A stretch of 64,000 bases of DNA from a virus: positions 32,001 through 96,000 of IMG/VR virus record IMGVR_UViG_3300019850_000189. One strand, 5' to 3'. A model generated the notes under the pieces. That model had not been told where the DNA came from, did not search any database, and was given only the letters and a program-made list of their open reading frames with translations. Shown here in pieces: positions 19,128 through 27,980 of this stretch; the stretch's first letter is position 1, and each line of letters starts with the position of its first letter. A program made the translations under genes and the position numbers.

Positions 19128-19505
19128 ATGCCAGAAAAAGACGAACGTATTGACAAGGTGGTAGATGTGCTGTATGATAATCTTCACCTTGAAGTGCCAC
19201 TCACAAAAGAATATCTTCGTGAGGTTATAAACACCGCAATAACTTTTGACACCAAGCAGCGAGATTATAGTACTCAAAATATTGCAGAGTTCAGCGCTCT
19301 GGGTGTCTTGATTCGTATGAGTGACAAATTCTCAAGGCTAAAGAATTTGTTGCTTCACAATAAAAAACCCCAACATGAGACTATTGAAGACACGTGGTTA
19401 GACATATCTATTTATGGAATAATTGGTTTACTTTGTCACAAGGGCAAATGGCCAGGTCAGAGGGAATTTAAAATAATAACGGACAAAAAAGAGAGCAGTA
19501 GTTGA
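19128..19505 (+). CDS. DUF1599 / nucleotide-modification-associated domain 1 protein
   Basis: FDTKQRDY...GVLIRMSDKFSRLKNL...ETIEDTWLDISIYGII matches the family pattern. Confidence 0.8.
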   Translation: MPEKDERIDKVVDVLYDNLHLEVPLTKEYLREVINTAITFDTKQRDYSTQNIAEFSALGVLIRMSDKFSRLKNLLLHNKKPQHETIEDTWLDISIYGIIGLLCHKGKWPGQREFKIITDKKESSS

Positions 19506-20257
19506 TTTGCGCTAAATGTAGACAAGAGAAAGATATATCCGAATTTTATATTCGAAAAAAAACTGGTAAGCCTGGGCAATGGTGCAAAGAGTGCGGAAAA
19601 GATTACAGCAGGGAGTATCGAAAACATAATGGAGATAAAACAAGGAGTCAGTGTAGGAAGTGGCGCCAAAAAAACCGAGAGTATTTGAGCTCATGGAGAA
19701 ACGAATATTATCAAACACATAGAGAACAAGAGATTTCTTGTAGCAAAGAGTATACCAAAAAGAATTATGAAAAGGTTGCATTATATCAACAAGGTTATCG
19801 CCAAAAAAATCATGAAAAAATATCAGCCAGAACAAAAGAATACTATAAAGAAAATCACGATAAAATAATAAATTATATAAACGAATACCAAAAGGACCGC
19901 CGAAAAAAAGACGATGCATATAAATTAAGCAGAAATATGTCGTCATCTATTTCTGCATCTTTAAGTGGTGGTAAGGGCGGCTATCATTGGGAAGATCTTG
20001 TCGGTTGGACGTTTAATCGGTTTCGAGAGGAATTTAACGAAAAAATGCTCTTGGCCAACAAAAATAATCCAAACAAAACACCAATGACTTTTGATAACTA
20101 CGGAGCAATTTGGCACATAGATCATATAATACCTAAATCATTGTGGCAATTCAATAAACCAGAGGATAGAGAATTTAAACAATGTTGGGCACTGTGTAAT
20201 TTACAGCCCTTATGGGCTAAGGATAATATGAGAAAGAGCAATAAAATTAATCCTTGA
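19502..20257 (+). CDS. HNH homing endonuclease
   Basis: CAKC / CKEC zinc finger, basic helical repeats, WHIDHIIP...NLQPLWAKDNMRKSN. Confidence 0.85.
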   Translation: MICAKCRQEKDISEFYIRKKTGKPGQWCKECGKDYSREYRKHNGDKTRSQCRKWRQKNREYLSSWRNEYYQTHREQEISCSKEYTKKNYEKVALYQQGYRQKNHEKISARTKEYYKENHDKIINYINEYQKDRRKKDDAYKLSRNMSSSISASLSGGKGGYHWEDLVGWTFNRFREEFNEKMLLANKNNPNKTPMTFDNYGAIWHIDHIIPKSLWQFNKPEDREFKQCWALCNLQPLWAKDNMRKSNKINP

Positions 20258-20275
20258 ATTGAACAGAAATAGATT

Positions 20276-22030
20276 CTAATATTTTTTCATCTTTCTATCA
20301 ATTTTATCTATTATATTGTCAATACTCAACTCTTCCATTATAACATCTTCTTTAATGGCTGTGTAGTTATTGCTAATTCGTCCCTCTTTGATTGTTAGCG
20401 CCTCCTGGTTCCATGAATATTGATTGTTGAATGTGAACCATGTGTCCAGATAGCATCCAGCATATCCACCATTTTTAGCCAGTGGCTTTTTTTCTATAGG
20501 TATTTTGGGATCTGGAAAAAAACACCAGTCCAAAATAACCCATTCCAAACTTCTCTGCGAATCAGCACGATCTGCCAGATAAATAGAATAACCATGTCCT
20601 CCCATTTCTGCTTTTGGACCTGGTTTTACATATCCAGCCACCACCTTGGCGCGCCATGGCGGAATGCCTGCGTTAATGAGCAAGCTTGTAATTAAAATAC
20701 CGCCGTCTTCGCAATTTTTTACAATGCTTCCGTTTTTGGTAATGAAATTATGCGTCTCTTGCACTTCAAAATCCCTCATTTCTACTTCTTCTAAATCTTC
20801 GATATAAGAGATGGAGACTTCACTTATCCCTTCATATCCATAATCTTTCTGAAAATGTGAATTTGAATTATAAATAACTCTATATATTGGAGCAGTTCCA
20901 AATCCAGTATGTTCAGATTGGCAATAGACATATAAAGGTTTTCCTAATTGCAAATGAATCCTTTGAAGATCACTCACCAATTGTTCCGAGACAGTTGAAT
21001 AAAATAATCGAGAGTTGTTGTTATATCCTCTTTTGTCTGGATAATCAGTTATGTGGCCATCTCCCAAGTGATAGCCATTCAGAAAACTTTGTAGCTTATT
21101 TTCTGGGAGGTGGAAAAACTCTTCTGGAATATGGATATCAAAACTATTAGTTTTAAATTGTTTTAAGTAATCCTTAAACTGACTTTTCAAAAAAGTCAAT
21201 ATAGGCAAACCATTATGTTCATGTTCTGAAAATAAAATATTATTTTTTTCTAAGAGTGGAATTATTTCTTCAGTTATAGCATAGCCACTAGTAGCTATGT
21301 GCCCATGAGAATGCCACCCCTCTGCAATGTAATGCCCTATTACAAAACATAAGTCCTCATTTAACCATTCAATGTCTCGTATTTTATAAGGAATTTTTTT
21401 GGTCATTGGCATTTTTTTGGTCCACCATTTGCTAAGATCTAAATCTTTCACTCTAGTTTCTTTGTATATACTTTTTTTCTGGGATTGCCGTATAAGAAGT
21501 TTATGTTCGTCTGATACATCTATCCATTGCCCATTTCGCAGATGAACCCTTTTTAACGGCAGGAGACCTTTCTCCCATATTTTGCTAATATATTTATAAC
21601 AATATTTCTTTTTTTCAAAATCATAGGACAAAACATTGTCACCGACTTTCAGATCGCCAACTTTTTTTATACCATCTTCTGTGTATATTTCTTCATAATT
21701 AGCAATACAATCTCCAGTGCTAGCGGAAATTGTTTCAAATGGAAATTGCCAGAACTCGGGAATTTTTGCAGTATCATCGTCATATTTATATGTAAGAAAT
21801 TGGCATACGAATTTTTGCACCGCCCACGCTGTCTCATTGTGTGTTCTTTTCTTTAAGTTATATTTTTTGATTACCTCATGAAGTATGGCGTCATTGGCGG
21901 AAATAAAATCTTTCACATCAACTCCTATTTGCTTTTTTTGCCATCTAAGCGCCCGGCCTCCATAAATTATAGGAGCTCTTGGCCATTTGTTGTTCCAATA
22001 GTTTTCGCCATAATTACCATAATCTGGCAT
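20276..22030 (-). CDS. Transglutaminase-like cysteine-protease-family protein interrupted by an intein
   Basis: Spliced extein reads WQFPFET...TGD/CEDGGILITSLL...GHGY...ILDW (Cys-His-Asp triad pattern). Confidence 0.75.
   Translation of the reverse strand: MPDYGNYGENYWNNKWPRAPIIYGGRALRWQKKQIGVDVKDFISANDAILHEVIKKYNLKKRTHNETAWAVQKFVCQFLTYKYDDDTAKIPEFWQFPFETISASTGDCIANYEEIYTEDGIKKVGDLKVGDNVLSYDFEKKKYCYKYISKIWEKGLLPLKRVHLRNGQWIDVSDEHKLLIRQSQKKSIYKETRVKDLDLSKWWTKKMPMTKKIPYKIRDIEWLNEDLCFVIGHYIAEGWHSHGHIATSGYAITEEIIPLLEKNNILFSEHEHNGLPILTFLKSQFKDYLKQFKTNSFDIHIPEEFFHLPENKLQSFLNGYHLGDGHITDYPDKRGYNNNSRLFYSTVSEQLVSDLQRIHLQLGKPLYVYCQSEHTGFGTAPIYRVIYNSNSHFQKDYGYEGISEVSISYIEDLEEVEMRDFEVQETHNFITKNGSIVKNCEDGGILITSLLINAGIPPWRAKVVAGYVKPGPKAEMGGHGYSIYLADRADSQRSLEWVILDWCFFPDPKIPIEKKPLAKNGGYAGCYLDTWFTFNNQYSWNQEALTIKEGRISNNYTAIKEDVIMEELSIDNIIDKIDRKMKKY
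20714..21709 (-). mobile_element. Intein with LAGLIDADG endonuclease (332 aa)
   Basis: Starts CIANYEEIYT; block B SDEHKLL; LAGLIDADG-like GHYIAEGW and GYHLGDGH; ends MRDFEVQETHNFITKNGSIVKN followed by +1 Cys. Confidence 0.9.
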
Positions 22031-22110
22031 AGGTTATACCCTCCTAAATATTTTAATGAAAAAATTAACTAATATATGATAAAATCTTTTGAAAAAGCTC
22101 ATATCGCAAT

Positions 22111-22410
22111 TTAAATCCTAAACCAATATTTGTTTAGATCAAATTTTTCACTGATCATCTGTTCTATGATCCATTTCTTGATATCTTTAATATTAAAAGG
22201 TGTGGCACCAGCTCCAACAAATATTTTCTTGCCGGGAGGGGTAAAGTAGTGCTCTTTATGCCCGAATGTAAATAGCGATTTGTCTACGATGACATAACCC
22301 TTTTCGTTTGGAACTCTGGTTCCGGTAAAAGCGTGAAGATATCTTATTTTTTTAGTTGGTTTGACCGTACCGGTTAGTTCGGCTGTTGATGTGTATAACC
22401 AAGCTTTCAT
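22111..22410 (-). CDS. Hypothetical protein
   Basis: GAGG SD upstream on the minus strand. Confidence 0.6.
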   Translation of the reverse strand: MKAWLYTSTAELTGTVKPTKKIRYLHAFTGTRVPNEKGYVIVDKSLFTFGHKEHYFTPPGKKIFVGAGATPFNIKDIKKWIIEQMISEKFDLNKYWFRI

Positions 22411-22530
22411 GTTAAAAATACACCTCTGCTCTCCTTATTGTGCTATAATAACCAATAGAAATAAAGTATTGTTTTCCCATGTCTGTGCCAATCACTAATT
22501 GCATTGTCTGAGTAGCAGTTGATAATGCTA

Positions 22531-22818
22531 CTATATTACCCGGCCGCGTTGGCGGAGGAAGAGGCCCTTAATTATGTCTCGTCTCAATTTTGAGGAAATC
22601 TTGATTTTAATTTTACCGGCAACTGTCCGTGCTGAAGTGCTTGCCATATGGTAAACTCTAAAGTCAGTCCAAAAGGAAGGTGTTTCTCCTGGTAAAAGAT
22701 ATCCTAGTGGCACTACATCATATTCATTTCCTTCTAGACTAATTACCAGATCAATCATACTCATGGGGTTCCCCATTTCTGTTTCGTATTTTAAAATATC
22801 TCCGGGTTTAATTTTCAT
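22531..22818 (-). CDS. Hypothetical protein, tandem paralog 2 (MKIKPGDILKY family)
   Basis: Near-identical N-terminal half to the adjacent gene. Confidence 0.8.
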   Translation of the reverse strand: MKIKPGDILKYETEMGNPMSMIDLVISLEGNEYDVVPLGYLLPGETPSFWTDFRVYHMASTSARTVAGKIKIKISSKLRRDIIKGLFLRQRGRVI

Positions 22819-23084
22819 TCAGTAAATAATCCTTTAATTATATCGTATTTAAGCTTCGGAAAAACTTTTATTTTCGTTTTACCGGTAATTTCCAGTATGG
22901 TAACTGTTGCTATATGGTAAGCTTCAAGGTTTTCCCAAAAGCAAGGTGCTTCTCCTGGGAAAACATATCCTAGTGGCACTACATTATATTTATTTCCTTC
23001 TAGGCTAATTACCAGATCAATTATTCTCATGGGGTTCCCTGGTTCCATTTTATATTTTAAAATATCTCCGGGTTTAATTTTCAT
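22815..23084 (-). CDS. Hypothetical protein, tandem paralog 1 (MKIKPGDILKY family)
   Basis: As above; ATG 23084 aligns with the paralog start. Confidence 0.8.
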   Translation of the reverse strand: MKIKPGDILKYKMEPGNPMRIIDLVISLEGNKYNVVPLGYVFPGEAPCFWENLEAYHIATVTILEITGKTKIKVFPKLKYDIIKGLFTE

Positions 23085-23365
23085 TCCTGAACCCTCCAAG
23101 CGAACATTAAATCGATCATATATTTTTTATCATTTGTTGCTACAGCTCGTCCCTTATTTATTTCGTTATAACGAGGAATGCCTTCAGTCCCTGGCTTAAT
23201 GCCAATGAAACTAAAAATAACTTTAACTATTGGCCCTGAGTGGTATGTAGGCGCTGTAACTTGAACTATATCATTCCATAATGCTCCTCCACTAGCAAGA
23301 ACTCTATAATAAAATATAGAACCAATTGGCAACTTCTTTATTTGGTCATATGATAGTTTTTTCAC
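23081..23365 (-). CDS. Hypothetical protein
   Basis: Coupled with the paralog pair. Confidence 0.6.
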   Translation of the reverse strand: MKKLSYDQIKKLPIGSIFYYRVLASGGALWNDIVQVTAPTYHSGPIVKVIFSFIGIKPGTEGIPRYNEINKGRAVATNDKKYMIDLMFAWRVQE

Positions 23366-23394
23366 TTTACAAATTGTCCTAAATGTGATATATT
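23366..23394 (+). promoter_or_regulatory. Sigma70-like promoter
   Basis: TTTACA-17 nt-TATATT with upstream TG; ATG 7 nt downstream of the -10. Confidence 0.7.
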
Positions 23395-23400
23395 TATAGT

Positions 23401-23625
23401 ATGAAACTATTCCAAAATATTTTTTTAGGGAAAGCTATCCAAGTAGTCCCACTTTTTACTAACATTTACTATTATCTTGAGTGTGAAGATTATAATGTTA
23501 TCGCCCACAAGAAAGAAAGCTGGAACCTTTATTATGGCACTATGAAGAATATTAAAAAAGCCATCCCTGCCCTTATCAAACTAAGACCAAACATTAAAAT
23601 TCAAATTAAAACCTATAGGATATAA
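23401..23625 (+). CDS. Hypothetical protein, probably leaderless
   Basis: ATG at the predicted transcription start; no SD. Confidence 0.55.
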   Translation: MKLFQNIFLGKAIQVVPLFTNIYYYLECEDYNVIAHKKESWNLYYGTMKNIKKAIPALIKLRPNIKIQIKTYRI

Positions 23626-23817
23626 CATATAAACTAATCTTTGGCGGCAAAGATGACTTGAGGGCGCCTGGTAGGGAATTGGAGTTTGAAGGTTTTAGGC
23701 ATAATAGAAAAAGAAAATAACTTGAATGCCATCAGAAAAGCTATTTCTAATTATTTCGAGAATGGTACTAAAACGCCTAAAGTAAAATACATATATAAAC
23801 ATAGGAATGAGGAAACC

Positions 23818-24144
23818 ATGATAAAAACAAATAAAGTAGTAAAAACTGTAATCGAAAATATATATATATGCGATAACTGTGGCGCAACTTCCAAGTCAGG
23901 CGGTTCATACCATAAATGCTCCATATGTGGAAAATTGTTCTGTCGGAATTGTACGGTAGTATTTGATTGGGCCATTCTGAAAGAGGGTGAATTCTCCGGT
24001 GATTATCCAGATTACATGTGTAAAAATTGTTGGGAAAATGGTAAGAACTATAGAGAAAAAATTATAGATATTCGAGCTGAGGCTGATGCGAAAGAAGAGG
24101 CATTAATGGAATCTTGGAGATCTTCTAGCGAGAATATGCCATGA
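23818..24144 (+). CDS. Zinc-finger hypothetical protein
   Basis: CDNC, CSIC, CRNC, CKNC; GAGG SD before ATG 23818. Confidence 0.7.
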   Translation: MIKTNKVVKTVIENIYICDNCGATSKSGGSYHKCSICGKLFCRNCTVVFDWAILKEGEFSGDYPDYMCKNCWENGKNYREKIIDIRAEADAKEEALMESWRSSSENMP

Positions 24145-24419
24145 GTTTCAAACCAATGTCACTTATGCCTGGCGATAAAGTTGTTAATAGGGTGTCAATT
24201 ACTGGAGATCGTGGCAGTACAATACCTCCGAACACAGAACTGGTTGTGATAGCCACGAATGGTGATGATTGTGTGATGACACATTCAATTCTTCCAGAAA
24301 ATAAATGGCCAGGAGCTGAGTTATTTGTGGAAGATACCAGGAAATTGAAGCTCGTCGAAGAAGTTAAAAATATAGAAGTTGTTGATTTGGGAGGTAAATA
24401 TGAAGCTGGCAGCCGCTGA
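24141..24419 (+). CDS. Hypothetical protein
   Basis: ATGA overlap. Confidence 0.65.
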   Translation: MSFKPMSLMPGDKVVNRVSITGDRGSTIPPNTELVVIATNGDDCVMTHSILPENKWPGAELFVEDTRKLKLVEEVKNIEVVDLGGKYEAGSR

Positions 24420-24882
24420 AATAATTGAAAATGTGTTATCCAAGTCTCTTACCCACAAACAGATTGTTGCTCATTTGAATAATAATATGCCGCAAAAAAT
24501 GATTGAATTTTGTAAAGAAAAAAATGGCATAGGCTTGGCCGCGCCTCAAATTGCTCTTTTCCAAAGTTTTTTTGTGGCAAAAATATCTAATGAATGGCAA
24601 GTTTTCTTTAATCCTGCCATACTTCATAAATCTGATGAATTGATATCAATAAACGAAGGCTGCTTGAGCTATCCAGGCTTGCTTGTTAAAACGCAAAGGT
24701 CAAAAGAAATCATTGTTCAGTTCTTTACCATTAATAAAATGTTATCAACTAAATTGTCAGGTTTGGACGCTATCGTTTTTCAGCATGAGTATGATCATCT
24801 TCAGGGTATTACAATTTCAACACTGTTTAAGGATGGAAAGGCCAAAAAATCATCAAGTGTTAAAAATAAGATTGCCATGTAG
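24400..24882 (+). CDS. def: Peptide deformylase
   Basis: GIGLAAPQ, EGCLS and HEYDHLQG motifs; GGAGG SD. Confidence 0.95.
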   Translation: MKLAAAEIIENVLSKSLTHKQIVAHLNNNMPQKMIEFCKEKNGIGLAAPQIALFQSFFVAKISNEWQVFFNPAILHKSDELISINEGCLSYPGLLVKTQRSKEIIVQFFTINKMLSTKLSGLDAIVFQHEYDHLQGITISTLFKDGKAKKSSSVKNKIAM

Positions 24883-24894
24883 GAGGAATTAGTA

Positions 24895-25314
24895 GTGTCA
24901 GTTGAAGAAAAAAGAGTTAAAGAAATGAAATTAACATCAGAAAATGTTGAATTTGTGTTTAATGAATGTAAATTTGATTCGAAAACAAGTAAAGAGAAAG
25001 CCATACAGGTTGATGGTGTTGTTCACATTTATTCATTCGATCAAAGCAAGCTTAATAAACGCAAAAAAGATATTTATAGCATGCTCAGGCAACTGCCGGA
25101 TGAATTCCAGCAAGATGGTGGCGGGGGAATGTCTTTTTTGAAAGCTTGTGACGATAAAAATGGAAATCGATGGACTGATCTTCATCTTCGGATAGAGCAG
25201 CTTCTTTGTTTAGGCATAGCAACCGACCAGCTCGATTTTTGCTTGCCAAGAGAAGCATGGCATATTATGCCAGGCGGTATGCCATATGTCGTGGTATTAG
25301 GAGATAAAAAGTGA
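24895..25314 (+). CDS. Conserved phage hypothetical protein
   Basis: AGGAGG SD; LRQLPDEF...GGGMSFLKAC...W motif recalled from other phage proteins. Confidence 0.7.
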   Translation: MSVEEKRVKEMKLTSENVEFVFNECKFDSKTSKEKAIQVDGVVHIYSFDQSKLNKRKKDIYSMLRQLPDEFQQDGGGGMSFLKACDDKNGNRWTDLHLRIEQLLCLGIATDQLDFCLPREAWHIMPGGMPYVVVLGDKK

Positions 25315-25514
25315 GACGCAAGAGAAGAACAAGAGTACCATGGGCTAGAAAAATCAATGAGCCTGCGACGGAACATGATTCCACACTCAATGAAAAACTA
25401 ATCATCGCTCAGAACCGTATTGACGAAAACATCAGGAATCATAAGGGGCAGTTAAAAGATTTCAAAGCTCAAGTGGCTGATGAATTAGAACGCATCTGGG
25501 CAAAAATACTTTAG
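25311..25514 (+). CDS. Hypothetical protein
   Basis: GTGA overlap. Confidence 0.5.
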   Translation: MRRKRRTRVPWARKINEPATEHDSTLNEKLIIAQNRIDENIRNHKGQLKDFKAQVADELERIWAKIL

Positions 25515-25549
25515 GCACAATGATACATATATAGAATGAAAGGACAGAT

Positions 25550-26338
25550 ATGGACACACTCACAAAAGAATTGATCAATAGTTTCAAAAAAGATTATCCT
25601 TACAATCCATTGGTGGTATTCGGTGAAGATGAGAAATATGGCAAAATTCCAGGCTGGATATCATCTTCAAGTTACAGTTTGAATTGGCTCGCTAGCAAAT
25701 CTCTCCGTAGAGGATTGCCTACCGGCCGGACCGCCGTTATTGTTGGGGATCCCTCGACAGGCAAAACCGCGATTGCCATATCCTGTATGAGAGATCCGAG
25801 CATAGATCTTATTGTTTATTTAGATAGTGAAGGCGGCGGTGCTGATGCCAGTTTTGCCGAATTTTTAGGTGCAGATCCGAAAAAGATATTATATTCTCCA
25901 GTTGATACTATGGATGAGCTTAAATCAAAAATGAGTAAAGTTATAGACACAATCGAGAAAAATCAATCCACTAAAAAGGTATTGGTTGTTATAGATTCAA
26001 TGTCCATGATAAGCACTGAAAAAGAAATGAACCCGGAGAAAGGCTGTTACGTTGAGGGTACCATAGTTCCCACTACTGATGGCTCAAAACCAATAGAAGC
26101 TATTACTATTGGGAATAAAGTAATCACACATCTGGGCGAGTGGAAAGAGGTAGAAAAAGTATGGGAATATACTGATAAAGACGACCTCATAGAAATCACC
26201 ATGGAGAATGATATTACTATCAAATTAACTCCTAATCATCGGCTACTAGTTCAACGAGATGGTTCATTGCAATGGATCGCCGCTGAAGATTTGAAGGTAA
26301 CTGATTTGTTGCAACAATTGGATAACAAAAAGCATTAA
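25550..26338 (+). CDS. uvsX: UvsX/RecA recombinase N-terminal extein fused to split-intein N-fragment
   Basis: Walker A GDPSTGKT, YLDSEGG, Walker B VVIDS, then CYVEGT intein start; TAA after 97 intein residues. Confidence 0.9.
   Translation: MDTLTKELINSFKKDYPYNPLVVFGEDEKYGKIPGWISSSSYSLNWLASKSLRRGLPTGRTAVIVGDPSTGKTAIAISCMRDPSIDLIVYLDSEGGGADASFAEFLGADPKKILYSPVDTMDELKSKMSKVIDTIEKNQSTKKVLVVIDSMSMISTEKEMNPEKGCYVEGTIVPTTDGSKPIEAITIGNKVITHLGEWKEVEKVWEYTDKDDLIEITMENDITIKLTPNHRLLVQRDGSLQWIAAEDLKVTDLLQQLDNKKH
26045..26335 (+). mobile_element. Split intein, N-terminal fragment (97 aa)
   Basis: Block A CYVEGTIVPTTDGSKPIEAI, block B IKLTPNHRLL, WIAAEDL; no endonuclease; ends at a stop codon. Confidence 0.88.
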
Positions 26339-26424
26339 GGCGGGATAGTGTGTCATTATCATATGGGAGAAGGATTATACAGAAAGCCCAAAAAAGATTG
26401 TACGACAACTTTTAAGGAGTATAA

Positions 26425-26580
26425 ATGATGATTAATTATGAAGATGTTTTTGTAGAGTCAATGTACCGGCCGGTAAGAATAAAGTCCATCAAGAAAATTT
26501 CGAATAAGCAAAAAGTGTATGATTTATCGGTAAAAGATCATAAATCGTATTGCACAAATAATGGCATCATAGGCCATAAT
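26425..26580 (+). mobile_element. Split intein, C-terminal fragment (52 aa)
   Basis: VRIKSIKKISNKQKVYDLSVKDHKSYCTNNGIIGHN followed by +1 Ser (blocks F and G). Confidence 0.88.
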
Positions 26581-27384
26581 TCAGATATGGGCGCAAAAGC
26601 TAAACAGGTTCGTGAATATTTCAGGATTTATTCTCGCAAAATTCAGAAAATGAACATGTGTCTTCTCATGACCGCTCACTATACTCAAAGGCTGGATCCG
26701 TATGGTCCTCCAAAGGTTGTTGGTGGCGGCACAATTATGGCGTTTGCGCCAAGTCTTACTATTGAATTGAGCCACAATACGAAGGAAAGCGATATTGAAA
26801 AATCAGCCAAGGGTGCCAGCATTGTCGGCCTGAGAGCCAAAATCATAAAGTCGCGACTGGGCACATATGGCAAACAGATGGAGTTCGAGTTTAATATGAA
26901 TCAAGGCCTTGATCCATATTCAGGATTATTCAACATACTCAAAGATTATGGCATTATTATCCCTGCCGCGAAGGATCTGGAGGCACAAATAAAAGAAAAG
27001 AATATCCCTAAAAAGTCAACCGGCGCATGGATATTTAACGCCTGGGAATATCCGGAAATATTTGAAAACTTCAAAAAGCATATTCGCGCATCTGGCAAAT
27101 TCAGGGAAAAGGAATTCAATGGTTTTTGTGCAAAAAATAATGACTGGATTATAGATCTTATTCAATCATCATTGGATAAAGCCACACATATAGATGCGAT
27201 AAAGATGAAACCGGTCCAGGCCGCAGATGACGAAGCTCATGAAGAGACGGAGCCTGCCGTACAAACGGAATCAGATAAACCCAAAACCAAGAAAAAGACC
27301 GAAAAGGCGTCAAAAGACAAGAGCGCGGTAGAACTTCTTGCGGGCACATTGGCACCCAAGTCTGAGAAGAGCCAGAAGAAATAA
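26425..27384 (+). CDS. uvsX: Split-intein C-fragment fused to UvsX/RecA C-terminal extein
   Basis: Own TAAGGAG SD; after HN the protein continues SDMGAKAK...TAHY...VVGGG...FAPSLTIEL...KSRLG as RecA/UvsX. Confidence 0.9.
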   Translation: MMINYEDVFVESMYRPVRIKSIKKISNKQKVYDLSVKDHKSYCTNNGIIGHNSDMGAKAKQVREYFRIYSRKIQKMNMCLLMTAHYTQRLDPYGPPKVVGGGTIMAFAPSLTIELSHNTKESDIEKSAKGASIVGLRAKIIKSRLGTYGKQMEFEFNMNQGLDPYSGLFNILKDYGIIIPAAKDLEAQIKEKNIPKKSTGAWIFNAWEYPEIFENFKKHIRASGKFREKEFNGFCAKNNDWIIDLIQSSLDKATHIDAIKMKPVQAADDEAHEETEPAVQTESDKPKTKKKTEKASKDKSAVELLAGTLAPKSEKSQKK

Positions 27385-27394
27385 AGGGTAATTT

Positions 27395-27949
27395 ATGGAG
27401 ACTGATTTTAAAGTTAGACAGTTGGTCATAGCCCTGTATGCGGTTATTATTCGCTCGCCCATGACGTTCTTCGGCAATATAGTATATTGGGTTGCGCACA
27501 TAAAAGACCTTTCAAAAGCCGTTAGGCAAAAGAAGAAATTGCGCAGCTATGCTCAATACTTTTATGGCGTTATCAGCACCATGAAAGAATATAAATGGAA
27601 ATCTGATCCACTCGGGGGTGCAATAGATTGGAGTCCATGGCCACTTACCATCATAAATAAAAATGAGCAGGACGATTGCGATGGATCCGCTCGCCTCGGC
27701 CGTTGGATGTGTAAATTTTCCAAGGATGTAGAATTCGCGAATGAATATATACTTGTAGATGGCTGGGATGTGCGAAGCGCTCATGTTATATGTATAGGCC
27801 GTTTGAAAGATTCGATGAAATGGTTTTGCTTTAATGTAAGCCAACTTTTAGAGGCCACAAGCTTTGAGAACATTCTAGACCAATTTGTAACAGACGAATT
27901 AACTAGTCATGGCAAATATAAAAATCTTGTTTACTATAAATTAAAATGA
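27395..27949 (+). CDS. Hypothetical protein, possible transglutaminase-like fold
   Basis: DDCDGSA motif with downstream AHVICI; N-terminal hydrophobic segment. Confidence 0.5.
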   Translation: METDFKVRQLVIALYAVIIRSPMTFFGNIVYWVAHIKDLSKAVRQKKKLRSYAQYFYGVISTMKEYKWKSDPLGGAIDWSPWPLTIINKNEQDDCDGSARLGRWMCKFSKDVEFANEYILVDGWDVRSAHVICIGRLKDSMKWFCFNVSQLLEATSFENILDQFVTDELTSHGKYKNLVYYKLK

Positions 27950-27980
27950 AAAACATAAAATATATCAGACAGGAAATAAT

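Noticed and set aside
26336-26427. Frameshift, ribosomal bypass (T4 gene 60 style) or group I intron joining the two uvsX ORFs
   Set aside because: An in-frame TAA at 26422-24 blocks any entry into ORF2 from upstream, ORF2 has its own strong SD, and 86 nt is too short for a self-splicing intron. An assembly error cannot be excluded without reads.
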